From: Mizuhopecten yessoensis
Taxonomy: Eukaryota
Assembly (NCBI RefSeq): GCF_002113885.1
Contig: NW_018408315.1
Span: forward strand, 130,117-194,116
DNA length: 64,000 nucleotides
Reading direction: 5' to 3'
A program made the translations under genes and the position numbers. The notes beneath the pieces were generated by a model. It was not told where the DNA came from, did not search any database, and saw only the letters and a program-made list of their open reading frames with translations. Below, piece after piece: positions 45,211 to 57,125 of the stretch (positions are counted from its first letter, which is position 1; each line of letters starts with the position of its first letter).

Positions 45211-46961
45211 CTCCAAGTCAGGAACCGTTGCATTAGTGCATTTCACAATTATTTTATGTTTTTTAGCCAAAAAAAAGGTCCAATTGTTTTTTCGACTTGC
45301 TCCGCTCGGCAAAAGATTTTATTCTACGCCCCCTCTTTTAAATATCCTAGAAACGCCCCTGAAAGTGATATTAGTGTAGCTGTTATTTTCATGTTTGTGT
45401 TGCAATTGTGGTGTTCTTACCTTGTGTTGTCTGTTATATCCTTAATAGCAGCGTCCAAAGATTGGGATGAATGGAAACCAGAAGTAAACAAAAGATCGGA
45501 AAATAATGGCGGGAGATATGAGTTGATGGTGAATTAGTTATAGACTATGATATTTGCCGAAATTGTTCAGATTTTGTTAAATCCAGATTAGCGTTTATAG
45601 AGGATGATGAAATGTTAGATGTACTTGCGTTTTGGTTGGTGCAAAATGACAGGAAAAGAGTTTTGTTTGATGCGAAAGGTAGAGCTCGAGAAAACAGATG
45701 TTGCACAAGAACCTGAATCATTCAAGTTTACATTCAATGGAGCACTCCCAAACCGCATGGAAATCTCAGCTAGCTGAATGTTTAATATTACGTTGATTTT
45801 CGATGTTTTCTCATGGCACAATTATGTTCTGAACAGAACAGGATTATTGAATGCAGCGAACCGTATATCAAATATGGCGCAGGTGAAGCGTAACTCGCGA
45901 TATGACATCCGGTTTTTGTAACGTGAGAGTTGCAAGTCCGTGAAAGTTGCAAGTGCGCATGTGCAGTGGAAAAGGTCATTACCAGCGTGAGAGTTGCAAA
46001 TTTTGGTTCACAACCTAAAAGATTAAACTATTTATGATAATAAATGGATGTGTTAACACCCAGAAACATTTGTAGTAAGACCTACAAAACTCATACGTAC
46101 CTTAAATATAGAGCTGTGCCAGTTTGTCCGTATTTATGTTGACTTGCAACATACACGGTGCTTGCAACTCTCACAGTACCGGCGATCCCCTCGTGCAACT
46201 TACAAGTACCGGAACCGGAACTTGCAACTCTCACGGGCTTGTGAAGTACACGCTACAACGTCTCTGCTTCTAATAACAAAAACTTTGTCCTTAACAAACA
46301 GAAACGATCATTCGGAAGAGTAAGCGTCTTCTACTTCATCCACGACATCCGCCATGTAAATTAAGGTCAACTCAAGTATAATGTTATATGTTATCAAATC
46401 GAGATCCGGGGCAGTAATATATAACAAAACACTTGGTCTGATATACATTTTCTTAAATTTACTGTCTTGTTGCAGTACTTATCTAATAATCTTAAAAAAT
46501 CGGAATCTCTAACCCCCTCTTCCCTCTCTCTCTCCTCCCCCTCTCACCATCCCCCTATCTCTCTCTCTTCCTTTATCTACATGTGCATGTTTATATTTGT
46601 GCGCATGCGCGTGGTTCGGTGCGTAAATGTGTGGGTGTATTGAATGTCACTGATTAATTAATTTATAATACAGAGCTTATTTACGTATTTCTACGGAAGC
46701 CCATTGGTGCATAATGGAATCTAAAAAATAAAAAATATATTGCGAATATACGCAATACTTTTGCGAACATACGCAATACTTTTGCGAATATACAAAAAAA
46801 CGCACGATAATGAGCACAAAAACAACATCGGCCTTCATATCACGAGAGCAAACACATGTTGCCCATAAAGATCGTGATGGTTGCCATAAGATATGGCCGT
46901 ATCATAAACCTGCATCTCTGAAGATGAGGTGTCGGTAACGCAATCAACGCATTACATAACA

Positions 46962-47034
46962 GCCTCCGTGGCCCAATGGATAAGGCACCGGCCTCCTAAG
47001 CCGGGGATTGCGGGTTCGAGTCCCGCCGGAGGTT
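46962..47034 (+). tRNA. trnR-CCT: tRNA-Arg (anticodon CCT)
   Basis: GCCTCCG/CGGAGGT acceptor stem, CCGGC-CTCCTAA-GCCGG anticodon arm, GGTTCGAGTCC T-arm, 73 nt. Confidence 0.96.
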
Positions 47035-47915
47035 CGCAATCAATTATTTTAATGAAATATCCAAATTTTCACTATTTTAAAGGAGTTTTTACATGTCTTC
47101 AGCGTGTAAGGAACCGAATTTTTCATGAAAAGGTTCAGCTACAGTTCCAACGTCCGCTGGGAACGAAATGTTGCTTTTAGAGACCAATCGTTAGTTCAAA
47201 CGTTTCACAGTATAAAAAGCAGAGTCAAAAGCGCAAGTAATTGTTACTAAGATCATGTGTCTTTTGTCATGTGATGACTTGTTTTTTTGTTCGAAATTGC
47301 ACATTTTTTATGGACAAAGGAAAGAATTACATGGAGACCATTGACAAAGTACAAGGAGAATAAGTATATGTGTTTCAGAAGGGCAGGAGTCCTACGCTTC
47401 TAGGCCAAATACGGCACAAATGTGCATTTTCAAAAACACCGACAATCATATCTACGTCTCTGATATCACACAAAGAAATAGCATATTTCCCATCGGGATC
47501 ATGACGGCGACCTCAAAACTTGCCCGTAATCTTCACTAAGTGTATAGCTTAATCGACAATTAACTTTGATTGGTTTCAGTAGACTAAAATCTTGATCAAT
47601 TGCTGGGCTGATAATGTCCTGCTATTTCAGAGTAGCGACTTACCATTACGGTGTCGCACAATTCTTATGATTTACATGGTATACTCACGGAACTAGATTT
47701 AAGTCCGTGGTATACCAAAGGATAAAGCTAGTTTACCGTATCATCTCGAAGGTGACGCGACAGAACCTTCGATTTCGTCATGACATATTCCGGGGGTGCA
47801 GAAAGCGTAAGAGAGCGTTACCCTGGAATTACGACTTAATCGTTGTCCTTTCACATACGTCGTTCATCACATTATGGATTATCTGTCAGTAACACAATCA
47901 AATCAATCGACTAGA

Positions 47916-47988
47916 GCCTCCGTGGCCCAATGGATAAGGCACCGGCCTCCTAAGCCGGGGATTGCGGGTTCGAGTCCCGCCGGAGGTT
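47916..47988 (+). tRNA. trnR-CCT: tRNA-Arg (CCT)
   Basis: Identical to copy 1; T-run immediately 3'. Confidence 0.96.
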
Positions 47989-48667
47989 TTTAATCAAGTT
48001 TTAATCAAATATAGAAAACAGATGTAATGTGAACATTTTGTTTCGTTAGTAAGTTACTTGTTACTAAAATCGTGTGTCTTTTTGTCATGTGGAACAACTC
48101 TTTTTTCGAAATTGCACAAAGGAAAGATTTACAAGGAAGCCATTGAAGAATACATCTGGCGCTTTCGACGATATCCGCAATTTAGGTTCAAAAAATGTCA
48201 TGTCATCAAAGCTATGACCGTGGTAAAGAAAATAACACATCAAGAACATGAGTTGGCATAATCATGAAGGCGACTATAAAACTTACATAATCTTCACCAA
48301 TAACATGCTTCTATCGAAACCTGTGTTCTAAGTTTGTCCACGAGCAATCGATATGTCAAGGGAATTATGATATTCGGAGCAAACTCTTGATGAATACCCA
48401 GCCAAAATTGCATGTTACCACAGGGATCTGATAATTTGTTACAGCTATATTTGGACCTAAACTGAGGCGTTCAGAGTACTTTTACATGTTTTAGGGGCTA
48501 GATCGACTTTCAGTAATTTTTATTGATGAAACAAATGAACTGCGAGTTAGTGAATGTCACTTTCACATTCTGTGTACGTACCCTTTAATCTGTGGCAACA
48601 TTCGTAAAACTTTTCTTTTTCAAAATGTTTAGTATAAATCATGTGTCAATGACAAATATGCTTAACA

Positions 48668-48740
48668 GCCTCCGTGGCCCAATGGATAAGGCACCGGCCT
48701 CCTAAGCCGGGGATTGCGGGTTCGAGTCCCGCCGGAGGTT
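48668..48740 (+). tRNA. trnR-CCT: tRNA-Arg (CCT)
   Basis: Identical to copy 1; TTTT at the 3' end. Confidence 0.96.
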
Positions 48741-49436
48741 TTCAAACAAACGTTTTAATAAAATAATCGGATGTCCAAATCCTCAATATTTGAAAGAGGA
48801 GCTGTCTCGTTTTCAGCGTGTGAGGAACTGACGTTTTACGACACGGAAAACATATATAATGCCTTCTTTTATAGCTCTAGCATGCAATTTCCTAATGATT
48901 GTAGTTTGCTCAAAAGTTTTGACAGTGATAAAACTAGGGTCGGAAGCGTGAATAATTGTGACTAATTAATATTTAGTCATGTGGAACCATGATTTTGTTC
49001 GAAATTGCACATTTGGTTAGATTTACACGGAAACCCTTGACACTGTACAAGAAGAACAAGACCAAGTGTTGGAGAAGAGTAATAATCTTCCGCTTTATCG
49101 ACCACATCCGCCATGTATATCTACGTCAAATCCGAATGATGTCATGTCATCAAATCGATAATCGGGGTAAAGAAAACAAAGCAACCAGGAAACTAATGGG
49201 CGTATTCAAAAGCATCAACCTTTATATCACACAAAGAAATAGTATATTTACAATTGGTCCATAACCTTCACCAATAACAAGCATCTATCGAAAAAAAGTG
49301 TCCTAAGTTTGTCCACGAGCAATCGACATTTATCAACGAAATTGTGATATTCGGGGCACGCTCTTGAATACCGAGCAAAAATTGCATATGACATGACATG
49401 CTATCTCGTTGCCATTGTGGAAACAATCGAACTGCG

Positions 49437-49472
49437 AGCCGGGGATTGCGGGTTCGAGTCCCGCCGGAGGTT
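49437..49472 (+). pseudogene. 5'-deleted tRNA-Arg(CCT) half
   Basis: Only agccggggattgcgggttcgagtcccgccggaggtt remains. Confidence 0.9.
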
Positions 49473-50278
49473 TTCAATTGATTTTTGTTATAAAATATTT
49501 TGATATCCAAGTTGTCAACATTTCGAAAGATGTTTTCAGCGTGTAAGAAACCGACCTTGTCATGTAAGGGAAAACACCTACAGCTGGAAAACAGATGAAG
49601 TGCATTTTTCAAGCTCTATTTTATTTTGTTCAAAAGCTTTGACAATGTCAAAAAATAGAGTCAGGAGCTCGGATATATGTGACTAATATCTTTGGTCATG
49701 TGGAACCATGATTTTGTTCGGAATTGCGTATTTGGTATGATCAAGGGGACGATTTACACGAAGACCCTTGAAAAAGTAACAAAATAAAAAGACCAGGTGT
49801 TCCAGAAGGGTAGGCGTCATTCGCTTCATCGAACACACCCGGTATATAAATCTATAACATTTCTGTGAGAACCGTGGAATAGAAAAAAAAGTAAAAAGTG
49901 CATTCCAATCATCAACTTTCATATCACACAAAGATAGTTCACAGGGCGATCATGACGGCGACCATTAAACTTGCCCATTATCTTCATCAATAACATACAT
50001 ATCTCAAAAAAAAACAGTGTTGTAAGTTTGTCCGTAAGCAATCGATATTTATCTCGGAAAGCATGATAATCGGAGTAAGCTCTTAAGTACCAAACCGAAA
50101 TTGCATGTGAATGTGACATGTGACATGTGACATGTGAATGTGACATGTGACATGCAAAACACACCAATTGCGAGTTAGTTATTGTCCTTATACATTCTGT
50201 GTTCGTACCCCTTCATCTACTGTAACATACGTACTACTTAACCTTTTCCAAAATGTTCAGCACTTTTTATCCATAACA

Positions 50279-50337
50279 GTAGATAAGGCACCGGCCTCCT
50301 AAGCCAGGGGTCGCTGGTTCGAATCCCACCGGAGGTC
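50279..50337 (+). pseudogene. tRNA-Arg(CCT) pseudogene
   Basis: 5' acceptor strand and part of the D arm missing; several substitutions. Confidence 0.88.
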
Positions 50338-51003
50338 TCTATCAAATTCTTAATGACATATTCGTATTTCATTTTCATGTTTTAAAAGCAATTTTATCGT
50401 GTGTGTTTTTAAGATAGTACCAACTAATCAAGACGGAATACAGGAACACGTATGTGACAGTTGTCCTCAGTATATTGTGGGAGGGGAGAAGTCAATTTGA
50501 AATACATGGTATATATATTATATGCTCAACTGAACTCAAATGTGTTTTGTATTTAATTTTTAATCGTTACACCTGGTGTTCATTCAGAAAATGTCATATA
50601 ATCAATCAATTAGTGTATACAACACGTGCTTTGTTATGTTATCCATTGTAACATCCTAACAAATTATATTTCACATTTCCACAGGCGGGTAAGCATCGAG
50701 ACGTGGCCGAAGTATTTAAAAAACGTCGAACGTATATAAAATATTTCTCCGTCATTATGCGCTGCATGTACAGCATGACATATCCCGTGCTCGGTCCAAG
50801 GTGAAAATTGCACTGGGACCGAGGGAGGGCAAATCTTTATTTCCATTTACTGATAAATAAGTACATAAATGGATAAATAAGTCATCGCTTCCCCTATCTA
50901 ATCGTTCCGTCTAGCGTTAATGTCTTCTCCACTGATATAAACCCATAAAACGTCTAGCATTGCCCTGAGATAGCTGACTTTAACAAATATTCAGGTACCT
51001 GTG

Positions 51004-51035
<32 letters not shown>

Positions 51036-53999
51036 ACCACACACACTAACTAGGATCCGACATGACACTGTGTAGGAGTTATCTCCCGTATGCTATACTT
51101 GTCTCCTCATCTTTTAAAGCTTGTGGTCGAAATTTCTAATAAGTATGTAGTAATATAAATGTTCAATTATTGTGACCATGTCAAAGGTCAAACAATAACT
51201 ACGAAAACCCGAAGATGACACTCACATAGCTGTTAATGATTTCACGTTTAAGATTTATTGTAATATTTCAATTCCACGGTTACAATCTAATTTCGTGATA
51301 ATTACGAAAAAGAATTAATGAAATTTTCTAAATCAAAACGCTTATTTTATACACGGGTACTAACGCTTTATTAATACATCTACCTAAGTCATGAATGGAA
51401 ATATAGGTTTATACGTTCTTAGATATGTCTAACGTTATTGATAGTGAGTTAGGTATTATTGAAAACGGACTCCATGTAGATTTGCTTTACATCCTTTACT
51501 GTAAGGGAAACGCACGATGACATTTTCACGAGTCGGGAGTATCTTGTAGCCAATATTGTTTTCGTCGGTTACCCTGTGGGGATATGTTAAGTTTTAAGAG
51601 AGAAATACGACACTCAGAAATATCTTGTACAATTATCGAATTCAGGTCGGCGTGGTCCTAGCTCATCTATTACTACCGCGCGCACAGCGCTAGCGGTTAT
51701 AGGAAACGCACGCGTGTGCCATCAGTGTGTGTTGGAGGCTGATGGTGGGGTCAACACCGGCTGTTTCTAGCTCTACTTGTGCACAAAATTGGGGGATTTT
51801 TAGAAATCAAGACAATATTCGCTTCTGTAAGTATCGATGTCTCATCTGTAAATTAATTTTAAATTGTTCTGTCAGTTTTTCAGAGATTTTAAACCTTCTA
51901 TAACTGTATTGCGTATACATACACATTCGTTTGTACGTAATGTATTGACAACAAACGCTAGTACTAGTAGTTGTATGTCGTTGCGTACGTTACGTTACAA
52001 AGTGTTCATCAACTCATCACTACATCACAGGGGGCTGAGTAAATGTTGTACAAACGTACCCATGTGCTCCCTTCATTAACGATTGTTATAGTGACATGTC
52101 TGGATGTATATTAACCTCCACGTGTGTGAACCTGAACAACTGAACATCTGTAATTATTAGAAATCGGAACATTGTAAGCATATTTTACAAAAATGTCTCA
52201 ATTGTTACCACATGCGAAATGTAGTTTCCATAAATGTGCAATGTAGATTCGTTTCTTGGAAGGAAACTGATGATGATTGGCATTGACTGTTACCAATTGC
52301 AGCACAGTCTTATGTCATGTGTATTCACATTTGTAAATGACGTTAATCAAAACATATTTTATCGTGTAGAAGCTTTGAAGGATTTCAAAATTGTCTTATT
52401 TTTTGTAGAAACTATAAAGAAAAATTCAAATATAACATTGGAGCTATAAGGTTGCAAATTAACAGTTGTATATATGGGTTATTGCACATAGGAGCTGCTC
52501 AAGACTTGAAATTGGCATTGTTTCTGTAGGAGATAAGATATGCAAGATTTGAACCTGATATAGTTTTGTTTATGAGCTACACCTATGTATAAGATTAGAA
52601 GCTGAAATCTTGTGAGTAAAAGAGGAAGTTAAAATTTTGAACTAACATCACTAAGTATAGGAGCTGTGTCAGATTTGAACCTGACATCATAGATGTTTAG
52701 GAGCTATACAAGATTTCAAACTGACAGCATTTAGTATTGAATCTATAGGAGATTTGAACCTAACATAATTTGTCTAGTAGCTATATACAATTTAAAACTG
52801 ACATCATTTGTGCATGAGCTATATATAGAAGCCTCGACTCTGAAATTGACATGCAGCTGCTGAAACTATCTGCTGTATAACACATGTGTCTGAGACTGCC
52901 TTCTGGTAAACAGCAATGGACAGCCATTCAAAATATTGATTGAGTATTCTATCTCAGCAAGAGTCACAACTGGCTCTCTGTGACATCTTCAGTTGATAGG
53001 AACTCTGACCATGTATTGGATAGTGTATCCTTGGTTATACCAATATCTCACAGTGGTGTTCCTAATTGCTAAGCAGGTCTAATAGTAAATCAGCTTAGTA
53101 GCAACATTTATAATCCTGTTTCATTTTAATTTGATCCTCAAAAAATAAATCAAATGTGAAAAAAAGTTGTGTGAGATTTGGTCAAAACTATACCTACCCT
53201 ATAATTTAAAACAATGAAGTGAGATATCATGTTTTATTTCTTGAAATCTATAAAAAAGAGTATTTTTCATCAATTTTATCAACATATAGGAATATAAAAT
53301 TCATTACTGATCTTAAAAGTAGATATTTGCTTGTATTTATGATGTTGTTTTAATAGCTTTGAGTGATATAGTAGACTGTATACATGTATGTAGGAGGGGA
53401 CTATCTCCATACACAAGAGGATGACGGCACATTGTTCTGTAGGTGTCCACTCAGCTGTAAGTAATTTGTAGGGATGTGATGTGAATCTAAGAAATGTTTC
53501 CACAAGTCGTAAACAGACAGACTCATTCATCTGTGTGCTGATGATGAAGTGTATGAGACTGACATGTTTATAGTACCAGGGGGGGAAATCAGATAGGGGC
53601 ATTGGGCTGGGATTTATGAGGGATAGGGAATCATGAAGTAACAGTGTTGAAGAAAGGGATGGGTGAGGTCAGGCTAGGTTTTGTGAGGGAGATGGAATGA
53701 AAAAGTGTTTGAGGAGGCTGTCGGGTAGGGTAGGTCAGAAAAGGGCTAGGGTTTGTGAGGGAGATGGAATCAAAAAGTATTGAAGGAGGTCAAAGAGTGG
53801 GATTGGTCAGAAAAGGGCTAGGATTTGTGAGGGAGAAGATGAAGAAGTGCTTTGTTATAAAGGTTTAGATCTGGGTGAGGGTGTTAGGCTTTTTGAGAGA
53901 AATGGAATGAAAAAGTGTTGAAGGAGGCTTAGATGGGTACAGGGGAGAGATGGAGATGTAATAGCAATGGATAAGTGGGTTCAAGGAAGGCTTTAGGAG

Positions 54000-54645
54000 A
54001 GAAATGGGATGTAATAGTGGGAGAAGGGGGTGGGGCTGGCTTTGAAGAGAAATGGGATAACATAGGCTTTGGGAGGGAAAGGGGATGTCATAGTTGGAAA
54101 AGGGGGTGGGGCTTGGCTTTGGGAGGGAAAGGGGATGTCATAGTTTGAGAAGGGGGTTGGACTAGGCTTTGGGAGGGAAAGGGGATGTCATAGTCAGAGA
54201 AGGGGAGGGGACTAGGCTTTGGGAAGAAAAGTGGATGTCATAGTTGGAGAAGGGGTTGGACTAGCCTTTAGGAAGGAAAGGGGATGTCACAGTTGGAGAA
54301 GGGGTAGGGCTAGGCTATCGAGGGAAAGGGGATGTCATAGTCAGAGAAGGGGTGGGGCTAGGCTTTGGGAGGGAAAGGGGACGTCATAGTCAAAGAAGGG
54401 GGGGACCAGCCTTTAGGAAGGAAAGGGGATGTCATAGTTGGAGAAGGTGTGGGGCTAGGCTTTGGAGGAAAAGGGGATGTCATAGTCAGAAAAGGGGTGG
54501 GGCTAGGCTTGGGGAGGGAAAGGGGACGTCATAGTCAGAGAAGGAGGTGGTACTAGCCTTTGGGTGGGAAAGGAGATATCATAGTTTGAGAAGGGGAAGG
54601 GGCTAGGCTTTGGGAGGGAAAGGGGATGTCATAGTCAGAGAAGTG
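54000..54645. repeat. G-rich ~49-50-bp minisatellite
   Basis: ggggatgtcatagt...gaaggggtggggctaggctttgggagggaaa. Confidence 0.9.
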
Positions 54646-55199
54646 AACAGAGAAGGGACTTGGCTTAAAGAGGGAGAGAAATTACTGGTAAAAGGAGACG
54701 GGTAGGCTTTGGGATCGAGACACAATGGAGTGAGTGTTTTGTAAGGTAGGGAAAGAGAAAAGGCTTACAGGGTTCTTAAAAATAGAGACAGATTGAGAAG
54801 GGGGCATGTAGGAGAAGGCTTAGAAGCAAAGAAAAAAGGGAAGGTAGTGAGGAAAGGGAGGATGGGAAGATATATGTTTGGGGAATGGAATGGAGAAAGT
54901 AGATGGGAGAAAAAGGATAATAAAGGAGCTAGAACGAAAAGGATGATATTGGAATAGTAGAAGAAAGGCGAGAAAGGCAGGAAAAGGGACACGAAGGGAG
55001 AAGGTAGGTGCTTTAAATGAGGGAGATGGTAGGGGCTTTAAGTGAGGGAGATGGTAGGGGCTTTAAGTGAGGGAGAAGGTAGGGGCTTTAAGTGAGGGAG
55101 AAGCAGGTAAGGACAGAAAAGGAAGGAGTAGTTGTGTTGAAAGAAAATGGAAGAGAGTCTTTGAGTGTGACAGACAGAGGAATGAAAAGAGAGAGGCAG

Positions 55200-57125
55200 G
55201 AATCAGGGAGGGAAGGGAACCTTAGGAATAAGAAGATAAGGTGATAGAGGGGAGGGAAAGGGACCTCAGGAATAGGAAGATAAGGTGATAGAGGGGAGGG
55301 GAGGGGACCTCAGGAATAAGAAGATAAGGTGATAGAGGGGAGGGAAAGGGACCTCAGGAATAGGAAGATAATGTGAAAGAAGGGAGGGAAGGGGACCTCA
55401 GGAATAAGAAGATAAGGAGATAGAGGGGAGGGAAAGGGACCTCAGGAATAGGAAGATAATGTGAAAGAAGGGAGGGAAGGGGACCTCAGGAATAAGAAGA
55501 TAAGGGGATAGAGGGGAGGGAAAGGGACCTCAGGAATAGGAAGATAAGGGGATAGAGGGGAGAGAAGGGGACCTCAGGAATAGAAAGATAAGGTGGAAGA
55601 TAAGGTGATAGAGGGGAGGGACGGGGACCTCAGGAATAAGAAGATAAGGAGATAGAGGGGAGGGAAAGGGACCTCAGGAATAGGAAGATAAGGGGATAGA
55701 GGGGAGAGAAGGGGACCTCAGGAATAGAAAGATAAGGTGGAAGATAAGGTGATAGAGGGGAGGGACGGGGACCTCAGGAATAAGAAGATAAGGAGATAGA
55801 GGGGAGGGAAAGGGACCTCAGGAATAGGAAGATAATGTGAAAGAAGGGAGGGAAGGGGACCTCAGGAATAAGAAGATAAGGTGATAGAGGGGAGGGAAAG
55901 GGACCTCAGGAATAGGAAGATAAGGTGATAGAGGGGAAGGAAGGGGACCTCAGAAATAGGAAGATAAGGTGATAGAGGGGAGGGACGGGGACCTCAGGAA
56001 TAAGAAGATAAGGAGATAGAGGGGAGGGAAAGGGACCTCAGGAATAGGAAGATAATGTGAAAGAAGGGAGGGAAGGGGACCTCAGGAATAAGAAGATAAG
56101 GGGATAGAGGGGAGGGAAAGGGACCTCAGGAATAGGAAGATAATGTGAAAGAAGGGAGGGAAGGGGACCTCAGGAATAAGAAGATAAGGGGATAGAGGGG
56201 AGGGAAAGGGACCTCAGGAATAGGAAGATAAGGTGATAGAGGGGAGAGTAGGGGACCTCAGGAATACGAAGATAAGGTGATAGAGGGGAGAGGCAGGAAT
56301 CAGGGAGGGGAGGGAACCTTAGGAATAAGAAGATAAGGTGATAGAGGGGAGGGAAGGGGCCCTCAGGAATAGGAAGATAAGGTGATAGAGGGGAGAGTAG
56401 GGGACCTCAGGAATACGAAGATAAGGTGATAGAGGGGAGGGAGGGGAACCTCAGGAATAGGAAGATAAGGTGATAAAGGGGAGGGAAGGGGACCTCAGGA
56501 ATAGGAAAATAAGGTGATAGAGGGGAGGGAAGATAAGGTGATAGAGGGGAGAGTAGGGGACCTCAGGAATACGAAGATAAGGTGATAGAGGGGAGGGAGG
56601 GGAACCTCAGGAATAGGAAGATAAGGTGATAAAGGGGAGGGAAGGGGACCTCAGGAATAGGAAAATAAGGTGATAGAGGGGAGGGAAGATAAGGTGATAG
56701 AGGGGAGAGTAGGGGACCTCAGGAATACGAAGATAAGGTGATAGAGGGGAGAGGCAGGAATCAGGGAGGGGAGGGAACCTTAGGAATAAGAAGATAAGGT
56801 GATGGAGGGGAGGGAAAGGGACCTCAGGAATAGGAAGATAAGGGGATAGAGGGGAGGGAAGGGGACCTCAGTAATAGGAAGATAATGTGATAGAGGGGAG
56901 GGAAGGGGACCTCAGGAATAGGAAGATAAGGTGATAGAGGGGAGAGTAGGGGACCTCAGGAATACGAAGATAAGGTGATAGAGGGGAGGGAAGGGAACCT
57001 CAGGAATAGGAAGATAATGTGATAGAGGGGAGAGAAGGGGACCTCAGGAATAGGAAGATAAGGTGATAGAGGGGAGAGAAGGGGACCTCAGGAATAGAAA
57101 GATAAGGTGATAGAGGGGAGAGAAG
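55200..57125. repeat. Purine-rich 44-bp minisatellite, about 43 copies
   Basis: ggacctcaggaataggaagataaggtgatagaggggagggaagg. Confidence 0.97.

Noticed and set aside
51007-51035. Long poly-C tract; also (TATC)n at ~58690 and (CCT)n at ~59570
   Set aside because: Ordinary simple repeats with no supporting context.
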